A stretch of 61,485 nucleotides of DNA, counting the filler, from Mustelus asterias (taxonomy: Eukaryota): assembly GCF_964213995.1 (NCBI RefSeq). It is 3 parts of 3 records of this genome, joined end to end, with 100 filler letters (N's around TTAATTAATTAA, not from the genome) between each part and the next. Parts side by side here need not be neighbours in the genome. Positions count along the whole stretch, not along the records: positions 1 to 22,793 come from NW_027591538.1; 2 more parts are not named here. One strand, written 5' to 3'. Each line of letters starts with the position of its first letter. The stretch's first letter is position 1. Below are positions 1 to 10,733 of the stretch, piece after piece. The notes beneath the pieces were generated by a model. The model was not told where the DNA came from. It worked only from the letters and a program-made list of their open reading frames with translations, and did not search any database. Both the position numbers and the translations under genes were made by a program.

Positions 1-629
1 CTCGGTTTAACTCTCTTTCCTTCCAACCGGAGATCAGCTCTTTATATGACACCAGAGCCTGTCTTCATATTGCAATAGACCATGTTTCCCTTGCCATCAG
101 GATAGTATTAATTACGATATCTATCGGTGCGTCTGTCAGAATTCAATCATTTTAGTCAGAGTAAATTAACGATAATAGTGAAAGAGTATATTTAATCTTA
201 TTAACGTTTATAAGTACAAACCCAGAGGCCTCAGATGTCTGCGGTTTCATTTGATCGGATTAACTCGCTCATGTTAAATGTTATTTATTTTTATACCAGT
301 TTGTGACGACTTCTCAAGAACCTTAATCTTATTACCACGCGCTTGACCTGTTTACGCTGAACTTTTCGTTCTGACAGGTAGATTTCCTCGGGTTGCGATT
401 GTAAATAGAACTGTACACGGATTGAACAACTGAGGATTTGGATGGAGATCCCGTGAGGGAAGCAAATGCTGCAACACAGGAATTTTCAGGCGAAGTAATA
501 AAGATAAAGGGATGGAAAGACAATGGGAAACAATCTCATGTCTTTCGTCTGACTCCAGAGAATTATAACACAATTTACTCAGCATTTCATCAATTTCAAC
601 ATGGGGAACACGACAAGCCCCCTTTGTTC

Positions 630-800
630 TACAGAACTTCCAATTTCATGCCATTCGTTGAATACTTCGTTGTCAAATTATTCCTTCTAAATTTAATCAC
701 CACTCTTTTCAGGGTTAAATTCCATCTGCAACTTACCGGCCCATTTGAACATTCCATCCATATCTTCTTGTCGTCAAAGAGACTCAACCTCAGTGTTAAC
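630..800 (-). mobile_element. Degraded CR1-clade LINE ORF2 fragment
   Basis: Minus strand reads QEDMDGMFKWAGKLQMEFNPEKS, matching the CR1 RT C-terminal motif also seen at 26.6 kb (QWDLDQLGQWAVEWQMEFNLDKC). Confidence 0.65.
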
Positions 801-2429
801 CACTCGCCAAATGAAAGTGGTCATCTTTCAATCTGCATTCTCTGACAACGCTGGCAGTTTTAGACTTCGCAGTCAACTGATGGGACGAGTGGAATGTGCA
901 GGAAACGTTTTGATTGCAATTTATTGAAGGACTGAGTGTGGATTTTTCTCTCTCCCTTTGGCTCTCCACAATCTGGCCGATGAAAAACAGAATGAGAGAG
1001 AGGCGGAAAAGATAGGAGTATGAGGACGATGTTGATGTGGGGCGGTTTATTAAGAGAGGCAAAGGTTCTGTAGTTCTCTACAGAGTTGGAGTGGGGAGAG
1101 GTGACTGATAGAAGTTGGAGCTCAATTGCTGATGCTGAATGTACATACAGCACTAGTCCAGGCGTGAGGAGGTTTAGTGGTTGTGCAGGGAGAGCCTGGC
1201 CAACCATCTCCAAAAGGAAACCCACCGATTCCTGTTAAATCATCTGGAAAATCTGAACTGGACCGCCTCGACTGCAATTATATTTCCCATAAAATAACGA
1301 GACGCAGGAGTATACACGTTATTTCTAATATGGGTTCTCCATCCACAGTGCTGCAACCGTCAAAGCCTCGGGTCACTTGTTAGAGTGTGGTATTAAAAGG
1401 AGCTACTAGCTCCATTTGTCGCTGTTGTGTCCAGCGCCACATGATCAGCTGAATGACCACTGTTCGCACCATCGACTTTCTACTGTTCTATTTTTCACCA
1501 GAGGTTTGCAAACTGAAAGGGTACTTATAAAATTATATCGGGTATATTTCAGATTAAATAATATTTCATTGCCAGTTTTACAAAAACTCTGGACTGATAC
1601 TTTCTTTTTCAATCTACCAATCAAAAGTAATCGAAGGCTTTGAATATTACCAGGATAAGTTAGTTGAAAGTCCAAGACATTTCGAGAATGCAACAGTTCA
1701 AGATCGAGGGAATAGCTTCCACACAGACTGCAAGGAACATGGCATAAGGAAGAAGATGAAAGTTTGAATGAATGATACAGGACACATCCTCACTCATCTC
1801 CAAAGATACCAGAAATTGTACATGTGTTTCCGAAAGTAGTTTGGACACGTGATTTACCCCTCTCTCGGAGTAATCTCCATAAAATATTATCTGTGAACAA
1901 CTTGAGGGTAAATGTCTGTCTTATTGATTTTAAACTGTTTCTTGCTGAATAGCAGCAGTGCGATGTTTCCAATCATCCTGCTTCTGGCACCTCTCTTGCA
2001 TGAACAGAAGAATCTCGAATCTGCACTAATTTCATGATTACAATTTTATTCAAATTCTGAAATTGTAGACTGACATTATGTGATAGAAATATTCGTAACT
2101 CCTTTAATTCACTTCAGTTCAGTACATAGTGTTAATCAATATTCATATTTTTTCACCAAACTGCTGGACAAATCTGTTTGCCTTCAGTCAGTTCCTATAC
2201 TATGAGTGCAAAAGACTTTCAATAAACATATATTTTGCAATAAAAGCCGAAGTCATCATGTTTGTTCATTGATCGTGATTAATGTCATTCCGCACATCAT
2301 TTAATTGTTTCACCAGGGGACTTTCCTCACTCGGTAAATATAGAATGTTTTCATTGTGCGCATCAGTGTTAAAACTGAGAGTGGTCTCCAGTACAACCAG
2401 TGATCATTGAATCTCAGAGTCACTAAACC

Positions 2430-4107
2430 ATGTTCTGGATTATTCCACTTGAGCTTCGTGTTGCTTGGGTACTTCACGATATCCAAAGGATTTACTACCC
2501 ACTCCTCGCTGCAGTTGGTGTAGCTGGTGAGTTAAATTTCACTCTGTTGATTGCACTTGTCCGTGAGACCCAATTAATAATTTTATAATGTGCAAACTTC
2601 ATGTTGCATATGTGCTAATGCAATTGGAAAATTTCTCTATCTTCCCAGCAGACATTTTCCCTACTCTTGCCTGGTGGTTGCTCTCTATTTCCCACTCTCC
2701 CCCCTCCCCACTACCAACCCCCTCTCCTCACTCCCCCCACTCCCACCACACCTTCACCGGCCACTTCCACTATTCCTGCCTTAATATCTACAGGGTCCTG
2801 CCTCAGTAAAATAAAATATATAATTTCCAGTTTTGTGATTTACAGCCAATTCCAAATCAACTTATGCAATATCTTCAGATGCACAGTCTGCAGCACAGCC
2901 ACAGCAGAGTGACCCAGACCAGGAACATTCCGTCCAAACCCATTGGTACCATTGTGTCTCCCAAATACAAATAAAGAGAAGGCAGGGAATTGGAGATCTG
3001 CTCTGTTGGTAAATTTAGTTTCTTGATACCTCAGTGCGATGCTTTCTTACTGTGAACCCAGTCTCAGCAGAACAGGTGAATCCATGTTTTTCTGAGGCTG
3101 GACTCTGTAAAACAAAATCCTGCAGCTGTTCCCCAGAAACCTGCCAGATTACTGCTCCTGTTCTCAGTCTGAAATATGAGTTAATTGTCTCTCACTTCCC
3201 TGCAGTGAACTTATTGACGATTCTTATCCTGTCTCGAGGGAGGTGTGGACTTTCCAAATGTGTCTCACGTTACCTAATTTCCATGTCAGCGGCGGATCTA
3301 CTCGTCGTCATCATCGACCTCGTATTGAGGCAAATTCCCATCAGTTTCAGAGATCAATTTGTCTTCATGTATCATGTTAAAGTGTGCAATATCCATGCCG
3401 TCCTGCTTTACGCAGTCACTGACTGTTCTGTCTGGTTCACTGTCACTTTTACCTTTGATCGATTCGTGGCCATTACTTGTCAGAAGCTGAAAATAAAATA
3501 CTGCACTGAGGAAACGGCAACTGTGGTTCTAGGAACAGTGAGTGTGGTATTCACTGTAAAAAACACTTTCTGGTACTTTATGTGTGAGAATAGCTATTGG
3601 CTTTCCAATACTCCCTATTTCTGTTCTGTAGATTTTGATGTCGCCTCCTCACCAGCATGGACAGCAGCTGAAAGTCTCCACTATATTTTAACCCCGACTA
3701 TTCCTTTTTTGTTGGTTGTGCTGTTCAACGTTTTAACCGTTAAATACATTGTAGTGTTGAGTAAAGTCCGCAGGAGACTTCGGACCCACAAGAATGGGGA
3801 AAGTCCAAGTGACCCAGTGATAGAGAAAAGAAGAAAATCTATCATCATACTGTTTGCAATATCGGGAAATTTTCTCCTGTTATGGTCAGTGTTCCTCTTC
3901 TATTGTTTATATGACCGACTGTACATGTTTAAATTATTTCTGTCGCGTTTACCACATTTTCTTTAGGAATTAGGAGTTATGCTCCAACTCCTGAGTTGCT
4001 GCACCAACACATGCATCTATGCAGTGACACAGACACAGTTCAGAGAGGATCTGAAAAATGTGGTGATGTTTCCAGTAACTGGAATTTTGAAATTCATTAA
4101 ACAGTAA
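2430..4107 (+). pseudogene. GPR139/GPR142-like class A GPCR, two exons (2430-2526, 3206-4107), one premature stop
   Basis: Exon 1 MFWIIPLELRVAWVLHDIQRIYYPLLAAVGVA ends G|GTGAGT. The acceptor ttccctgcag| joins it in phase 1 to VNLLTILILSRGRCGLSKC. TM2 is SMSAADLLVV and TM3 is TFDRFVAI. An in-frame TAG at 3964-3966 is followed by an open TM7/helix 8 (ELGVMLQLLSCCTNTCIYAVTQTQFREDLKNVV...KQ*, TAA 4105-4107). AATAAA at 4151-4156. Confidence 0.85.
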
Positions 4108-4160
4108 TAAGCTATTCTATCACGACAATGTATTTATCTGATGTTTTGCTAATAAATTAG

Positions 4161-4180
4161 AGCGCGCACCCTGCTGGGCA
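4161..4180 (-). promoter_or_regulatory. CTCF-like motif downstream of the V1 RSS
   Basis: TGCCCAGCAGGGTGCGCGCT resembles the CTCF core CCASYAGRKGGCRC, imperfectly. It is positionally homologous to the better motif after V3. Confidence 0.5.
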
Positions 4181-4202
4181 CTAACTGGAACTGCCAGTGT
4201 GG

Positions 4203-4242
4203 GGTTTTTGCACGGCATTGGCTATGTCTCTGCAGCAGTGTG
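4203..4242 (-). other. Recombination signal sequence of V1: CACACTG-24 bp-GCAAAAACC
   Basis: Heptamer 4242-4236, spacer 4235-4212, nonamer 4211-4203. Confidence 0.9.
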
Positions 4243-4740
4243 GGCTCCATGGCACAGAAGTACACGGCGCTGTCGGAAATCAGTGTGTTACTGATTGTCA
4301 GCTCACTAGTCTTGTTCTTTTTATCAAATTTGGAAGAAAATCGATCATTGAGGTCGGGATTCTTTTGCACATTCTCTCCAATAAGCTTAAACATGTACAC
4401 CGGAGCTTTCCCGGGCTGCTGACTGTACCAGTACACATAAGGGTTGGAATCGCTTGTTTTCAAAGCGCAGGTTAGTGTGACATCATTTTCCTCTTTAACC
4501 TTTATTCCAGGATCCAATTGTTCCACTTCGTCTTGGTGGCTCCATTCTAACAGAAACAACAGCAATATGACAATCAGAGTTAGCCTCAGATTAAACGATA
4601 CAATTATCATCATCACTATTGTTTTATCAACAAGAATATCTGGGTTACAGCTGTCAGGAGGAGCATGTAGTTTTACGGGGAAGAAAATACTTACTGAGAA
4701 GTGAGAGAATGATGAGGATCGGAGTGAGATAGTTCACCAT
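4243..4740 (-). CDS. TRAV/TRDV: TCR alpha/delta V segment 1 (leader exon 4740-4695, V exon 4546-4243)
   Basis: Leader MVNYLTPILIILSLL with A|GTAAGT donor and tctgttag| acceptor. V-set motifs VTLTC, YWYSQQPGKAP, DRFS and SDSAVYFCAMEP, directly followed by an RSS. Confidence 0.93.
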
Positions 4741-4819
4741 GATGCTTCCTGAGTCTGTAACTCTGCAATGAGTGAAATCCTGTCAGAGACAGAAAGACAC
4801 TGTTCCACTGCACTGCTGA

Positions 4820-4915
4820 TCCAACCAATGAGAGGAATGGAGCAGCGGCAGCAATCCGTCCAATCACACAATTGGTTCAGAGTGAGAGCAGAAAACGGAA
4901 GTCGTGGGCGGGGAT
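4820..4915. promoter_or_regulatory. Probable V1 promoter region: CCAAT boxes, ETS site, GC box
   Basis: CCAAT at ~4825 and ~4860, ATTGG at ~4871, CGGAAGT at ~4896 and GGGCGGGG at ~4906, all 80-175 bp upstream of the V1 ATG. Confidence 0.4.
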
Positions 4916-5752
4916 GCAGTAGACAAAATATTGAGTGAAGTGTGCGGCAGATTCAGCTGCACCCGGAACGGAAATAGCGAGACTTCCATCTCTGGAATCT
5001 GTCACCATTCTGCACCTGCTCACTGTTCAAGTGACTGAGAAGAAATAGAGAGGGAGGGGCATAACGGGGCCAGGGACATGAACAAAATAGAAACATCGCG
5101 TATCAATGCAGGAGATGTGGCCACTCGGACCATGGTATCTTTGCTTGACAGAATTCAGAATTGATGTGAGAATTCAGAATTGACAGAATTCTTCAATTCA
5201 GCTTTCAAATCCCGCATCTCTCACAGTGACTGCATCTTTCTGCTTTCAACCTATCTCCCATTCCCTTCTGAAACTTACTGTTATCTCTTTTTCCGCCATC
5301 TCTTTAGACACCGCGGGGATAGGCCTGGGTAAGAGTCGATGCACACTTGATGGGCCGAATGGCCTCCTTTTGCACTGTAGGGATCCGATGACCACCTTCC
5401 AAGTTTAACAAATCGCAGAGTAATCAATGAATCTAATCTTTCCATTGCCCTCTCACCTCCTAAAGTAGACGCTTGTGTTTTCCAAAGTTCTGCCGGCGGA
5501 AACTGTGACATGCGATTTACTTTGACAAAACCACATGATGTTGAGCACCTCAGCTGGTCTCTCTTTACCTCCTTTGATATTAAGAGATGAACTCCTGTGT
5601 CACAGTGGATCGCGTCTGTGCCTCTGAGGCAGAAACATCGGCTTCAATTCGAAAGCCAGTACCTGATAGCTGAGGATATTTATTGGAGCCTCAGCCATTA
5701 CTATCCACAACTCCAGACAATAACATGGAAAAAAAGTGAACAGAGTACATAA

Positions 5753-5932
5753 GAAGATGTGCGGGTTAGGTTGATTGGCCAGGTTAAAAATTGCCCCTTA
5801 GAGTCCTGAGATGCGTAAGTGAGAGGGATTAGCGGGTAAATATGTGGGGGTAGGGCCTGGGTGGGATTGTGGTCGGTGCAGACTCGATGGGCCGAATGGC
5901 CTCCTTCTGCACTGTAGGGTTTCTATTCTATA
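5753..5932 (+). mobile_element. HE1/V-SINE 3' half
   Basis: Matches the 3' half of the full-length copy at 6427-6761. Confidence 0.85.
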
Positions 5933-6426
5933 AGAGTTTTGCCGCTGTAACTCAGACTGCTCCGAGGGAATGGTTTGAACGGAGGACAGGTTGTTATAGG
6001 AGCACAGAGCCCTATTCCAATTCGGGCTGTGATGTATTTCAAACTCGCCTCCTTGTCCTTCGCGTGGTTCAGTTCATCGCGCTATGGGTCGGACCTGTCT
6101 CTTTGCAGAGAACTCCAGAAGAATTGCAGTTTGCATAGTCCATCTGCATCGCAATTCCTCATCCCTGGCATTATTCTGGTGTATTGCCGCCGCCCTTATT
6201 CCAAAGTCATTACCCGCTTTCGAATCGTTTACCCAAGATTGTACACAGAGTCCTTGTTACCGTTAAACGAAGATGTCTGCGGTTTTAGAATCATAGAATC
6301 ATAGATTTATTGGTTTACAAATCAAAGCAGAAATATCAGACAACATCTTCCAGATATTTAAATTGGACCTAATTATACATAGTCCTTGCTGTTTTTCCTG
6401 GTAAGCCAGAAAGTGGTATAAAAGTG

Positions 6427-6761
6427 GGGCGGCACGGTAGCGCAGTGGTTAGCACTGCTGCTTTACAGCTCCAGGGACCTGGGTTCGATTCCTGGCTTGG
6501 GTCACTGTCTGTGTGGAGTTTGCACATTCTCCTCGTGTCTGCGTGGGTTTCCTCCGGGTGCTCCGGTTTCCTCCCACAGTCCAAAGATGTGCGGGATAGG
6601 TTGATTGGCCAGGTTAAAATTGCCCCTTAGTGTCCCGGGATGCGTGGATTAGCGGGCAAAATATGTAGGGATATGGGGGTAGGGCCTGGGTGGGATTGTG
6701 GTCGGTGCAGACTCGATGGGCCGAATGGCCTCGTTCTGTACTGTAGGGATTCTATGATCTA
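6427..6761 (+). mobile_element. Full-length tRNA-derived HE1-type V-SINE
   Basis: A box (TAGCGCAGTGG), B box (GGTTCGATTCC), V-domain core (GCGTGGGTTTCCTCCGGGTGCTCCGGTTTCCTCCCAC) and a CR1-like tail ending in TTCTATGA. Confidence 0.92.
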
Positions 6762-7462
6762 TAAACTCTTGTAGAATGTAGAATCGGCAATTGTTGAAAG
6801 CAATCTTGATTCTTGCAGGTGAAAAAAATCTGGACACTTGTCCCTATTTTAATGTTGCCACCGTTTGGCGAAGCACGTGCGTATAAATTATAAAATGGGA
6901 CGTTTGGGGATGATAACAGGATATTCCTCTTGTCATGGTACGAATGATTATAATATAATTAAGATTTCACCTGAAGAGGGAGGGACATCAAACTAAATCG
7001 TTGATGCTTCAGTTGAAATCCTGGAGAAAACGGAGCCAGAGCCGAGAGGCGGGAGGACCTGGTTACATTTGAAACGAATATTTGAATTGCAGCTTCAGTA
7101 GAATTCGCATGACTGATCATTTCAATTTGAAATCAATGCCTTCATTGATGAACAGTTAAACTTTAAACACTTTTATCAATGAAAGTAGCTGCAGTAAAGA
7201 AGCGCGCTGGGTTATTGACAACTGACTTGTTCATAAGTGACCCGAAAGAGAAGCGGCGGCGGATCAACAAACCACATCCTGACATCCGAAGAACAGAGTC
7301 TGATTCCAGCCAATCAGACTGCAAAAAACTGAAACTTTATCTGGTGCTCCATGAGTGGCGGATTGAAGCTGTTGATTCACTCCGTGCTTTTCTGCTGCGA
7401 GTTCTGCTCCGGTTCCCTTCTGACATTTTTATTGTATTACTTCTGACATTTTTGTTGTATTA

Positions 7463-7881
7463 ATGGATCTGTTCGTTTTCATTCTGATTCTACTAACTTG
7501 TAAGTGCAGGAAATTTACTCGGTCACTTGTAGAGACTGTTTATTTAAAAACGTTTTGCTCCAGTGCCTCATTGTCTGAATGTTTTTTCATAGATCGGTGT
7601 CGCTCGGACCAAGTTTCACAAACTCCCACAGCGAGAACAGTCCAGAGCGGGGATTCGGTGCTGATAAACTGCAGTTATGATATGTCCAGCATTGATGGAA
7701 TGTATTGGTACAGACAAAAACCCGGTCAGGGACTCGAGTGGATAATAAGAAGATTATCGAATGGCAAAGAGAGAAAAGACCGGTTCGAATTGGAACTTTC
7801 CACTGCGGGCAAACGGGGCCAGTTGGTTATTGGAAACACGGAGAGCGCGGATGCCGCTCTGTATTACTGTGCGATACAGCC
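7463..7881 (+). CDS. TRAV/TRDV: TCR alpha/delta V segment 2 (leader exon 7463-7499, V exon 7593-7881), TRAV-like short C'-D region
   Basis: Leader MDLFVFILILLT with T|GTAAGT donor and ttttcatag| acceptor. Motifs VLINC, YWYRQKPGQGLEW, DRF and ADAALYYCAIQP, followed by an RSS. Confidence 0.93.
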
Positions 7882-7920
7882 CACACTGAGAGGAAAGACG
7901 CTCGTCACTGTACAAAAACC
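7882..7920 (+). other. RSS of V2: CACACTG-23 bp-ACAAAAACC
   Basis: Heptamer 7882-7888; consensus nonamer 7912-7920. Confidence 0.95.
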
Positions 7921-7959
7921 TCACGCCTGTTTTCAGTTGCTGCAGCAATCCTGCCTCGT

Positions 7960-8200
7960 ACATCTCCTTTAAACCTCGCCCCTCACACCTTAAACCTGTG
8001 CCCCCTAGTAATTGGCTCTTCCACCCTGGGAAAAAGCTTCTGACCATCCACTCTGTCCGTGCCCCTCATAATCTTGTAGACTTCTATCAGGTCTCCCCTC
8101 AAACCTCCGTCGATCCAGTGAGAACAAACCAAGTATTTTTCAATGAGATTCCCCCTTCATCTCTCTAAACTCCATCGAATGCAGATCCAAAGTCCTCAGC
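7960..8200 (-). mobile_element. CR1-clade LINE 3' fragment
   Basis: Reverse complement matches the LINE at 27.25-27.4 kb (ttctcactgga..cgacggagg..gacctgatagaa..ctacaagattatgaggggca). Confidence 0.75.
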
Positions 8201-8818
8201 TGTCTGCGGTTTTATTTGATCGGCCTCACACGCTCAGATTGAATGTTATTTATTTTTTGTGACGGTTTCTCAAGAACACTAATCTCATTGTGCGTGACCT
8301 GGTGACGCTGAACTCTTTATCCTCCACGGTAGATTTCAGGGGGTTGCGATTGTAAATAAAACAATACGCGATTTGTACAACAGTGGATTTAGATGTTGAT
8401 CCCGTGAGGGGAATAAATGCAGCAACACAGAAAGCTTCAAGCTGAGGGATGAAGATAAACAAAGAACAAAGAACACAGAACAGTACAGCACAGGAAACAG
8501 GCCCTTCGGCCCTCCAAGCCTGTGCCGCTCATTGGTCCAACTAGACGAATGGAAAGACAGTGGGTGAATTCGAGACCGTGATAGAATTCAAGGCACAGAT
8601 TAGGAGGAACAGATGGAGTTACAGGGATATAAACACGAGGAAAGGGAATGAGAGAAATGTGCGAGAGGCAAGGAGATAAATAGAGGGACAGACAGTAAGA
8701 TAAATGAGGGAGAGACGGAGACAGGAAGGGAAATAGATGAAGGTTCGGTGAAGGAACTGTGAAGGGAGCAGTTGCAGATTTATGGAGACAGTACAGACGA
8801 AAACATAAAGAGAGAACA

Positions 8819-9004
8819 AAGATGTGCGGGTTCGGTTGATTGGCCATGCTAAAAATTGCCCTCAGTGTCCTGAGATGTGTAGGTTAGAGGGATTAGCGGG
8901 TAAATGTGTAGGGATATGGGGGTAGAGCCTGGGTGGGATTGTGGTCGGTGCAGACTCGATGGGCCGAATGGCCTCTTTCTGCACTGTAGGGTTTCTATGA
9001 TTTC
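8819..9004 (+). mobile_element. HE1/V-SINE 3' half
   Basis: Matches the 3' half of the 6427-6761 element. Confidence 0.85.
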
Positions 9005-9242
9005 TCCATCTGTTCCTCCTAATCTGTGCCTTGACTTCTATCACGGCCTCGGCCTCGAATTCACCCACTGTCTTTCCATTCGTTCATCTTCATTCCTTAA
9101 CACAACATAATATAACATAGTACATGATACCGACAGGATTATTTCCGAGAGCTTCTGGATGCCCGAGGAAACCAGACCAGCAGCAGAACCGCCTCGTAAA
9201 GCTTCCCGGACCCGCTGCAGTAAACACACAAACATGGTGAGG

Positions 9243-9260
9243 CACCGCCATCTGGCGGCA
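9243..9260 (-). promoter_or_regulatory. CTCF-like motif between V2 and V3
   Basis: Minus strand TGCCGCCAGATGGCGGTG is a close match to the CTCF core consensus. Confidence 0.55.
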
Positions 9261-10111
9261 ATCTGAGGTAACTGGTCATTTCCTGCAAAATCATCGAATT
9301 CTCAAATTACAGAAGGTCGTTACTACTGGTGATTATGTTGCATTATTCTTGTTCATCCTTTTACTATTCCAATGCAATTGAACACAGTTGAACGTATACA
9401 TGAGAGATAATAACATCGTTATTTTAATTGCTGGCGATTCGCTTTATTCAATTAATAGTGGTTATAAAACTCATTCTAAACAATATGAAGCCCTCAAGAT
9501 TCCGATAAGATGCCTTTCCTAAAATAACAACACAAGATGTAAATATGACCCTGGATTCACATTCATTTCCTATATTCTTTAGTTATTTACATTTAAATAT
9601 TTCCATCATAATGTTACCTCGCAACTTCTGGTTATTAACGTTTTCTACATTTGTTGCACCAAAAGAATGAGTAACTTAGTGGATTCATTGAAATAGGAGA
9701 GTGAGGGAAATCGGATTGTCTGAACTCTGAATTTTAGGGAGAAGGAGAGAAAGATAAGAATGGAGAGCCAGTGCGAAGACAGAGACGGTCAGAAGCAGAG
9801 CAATGGGGGCGAGACAAACAGAGGCGGAATGACAGAGCGAGATAGACAGGCTCCAAACGAAGAGAGAGCAGGGGAATCTGAGAAAGACACGGAGAAAGAG
9901 AAACTCAGAACTTATTAGTCGAGCGAACGCTGATTGATGCCCGACGATCATCAATCCTGAGAAAGCGGCCAATCCTGTCGCTGGGAAACGCCCCATAATT
10001 TCTGAGTAAATTACGTTCCCGCTGATATGAATTTCCGCTTGAATATCAGAACAGAAATGTCAACACATTTCAAATACTGCTTCATTTCTGCCGAACCCGA
10101 AACCAGACACC

Positions 10112-10654
10112 ATGTGCTCCTTACTTTGTTTGCTGATAATAATGGTCTTGCTGCCCGGTGAGTCAATAAACTCTGACAAAGTGTCATCCTGACTTGAAAC
10201 ATTATCTCTGTTCGCCTCTCACAGATGTTGTCAGATCTTCTGAAAATTTCGAGCATTTTCTTTTTTTGAGTCAATGTTTAAACGATCAGTGTCTGTCCCA
10301 TGGGCTCTCTTCCCTCCCAGATATTGAACACCTTCTGTGTTTTGTTACAGGGGCAAAGGCTGAAGATTCAGTGTTTCAAGATCGATCTGAATTATCGGTT
10401 CTGGAAGGACAGAACATAACACTGGACTGTAAATACCCAACAGCTACTTCTGAAACTATGTTCTGGTACATCCAGTATCCCGGGCAAGCTCCGAGATATT
10501 TGATGAAGATATATAGCTCGGGCAATACCGATAAGTCTCCGGATTTCTCAGATAGATTCTCGGCTGCTTTGCACAAAGGAAACAATACTGTTCCTTTGAA
10601 TATCGCCAGAGCTGTTCTGTCCGACAGCGCCGTGTATTTCTGTGCCATGGAGCC
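10112..10654 (+). CDS. TRAV/TRDV: TCR alpha/delta V segment 3 (leader exon 10112-10157, V exon 10351-10654)
   Basis: Leader MCSLLCLLIIMVLLP with G|GTGAGT donor and ttgttacag| acceptor. Motifs ITLDC, FWYIQYPGQAP, DRFS and SDSAVYFCAMEP, followed by an RSS. Confidence 0.93.
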
Positions 10655-10692
10655 CACACTGGTACAGATGGAGCGAACCCCGCACAAAAACC
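10655..10692 (+). other. RSS of V3: CACACTG-22 bp-ACAAAAACC
   Basis: Heptamer 10655-10661; nonamer 10684-10692. Confidence 0.93.
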
Positions 10693-10714
10693 CCAGACTG
10701 GGAGTTCCGGTTAG

Positions 10715-10733
10715 TGATCAGCAGAGGGCGCTC
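10715..10733 (+). promoter_or_regulatory. CTCF-like motif downstream of the V3 RSS
   Basis: TGATCAGCAGAGGGCGCTC is a strong match to the CTCF core and starts 22 bp past the nonamer. Confidence 0.65.

Noticed and set aside
6427-6500. tRNA genes
   Set aside because: The A/B boxes belong to tRNA-derived SINE heads that continue into SINE bodies.
7593-7881. V2 as a NAR-TCR V or Ig-like (TAILV/VH) segment, because of GQGLEW and a short CDR2 region
   Set aside because: The Trp-to-Cys span of 55 aa and the CAIQP end fit a conventional TRAV. It lacks the large C'/C'' deletion of NAR V domains. A phylogeny would settle this.
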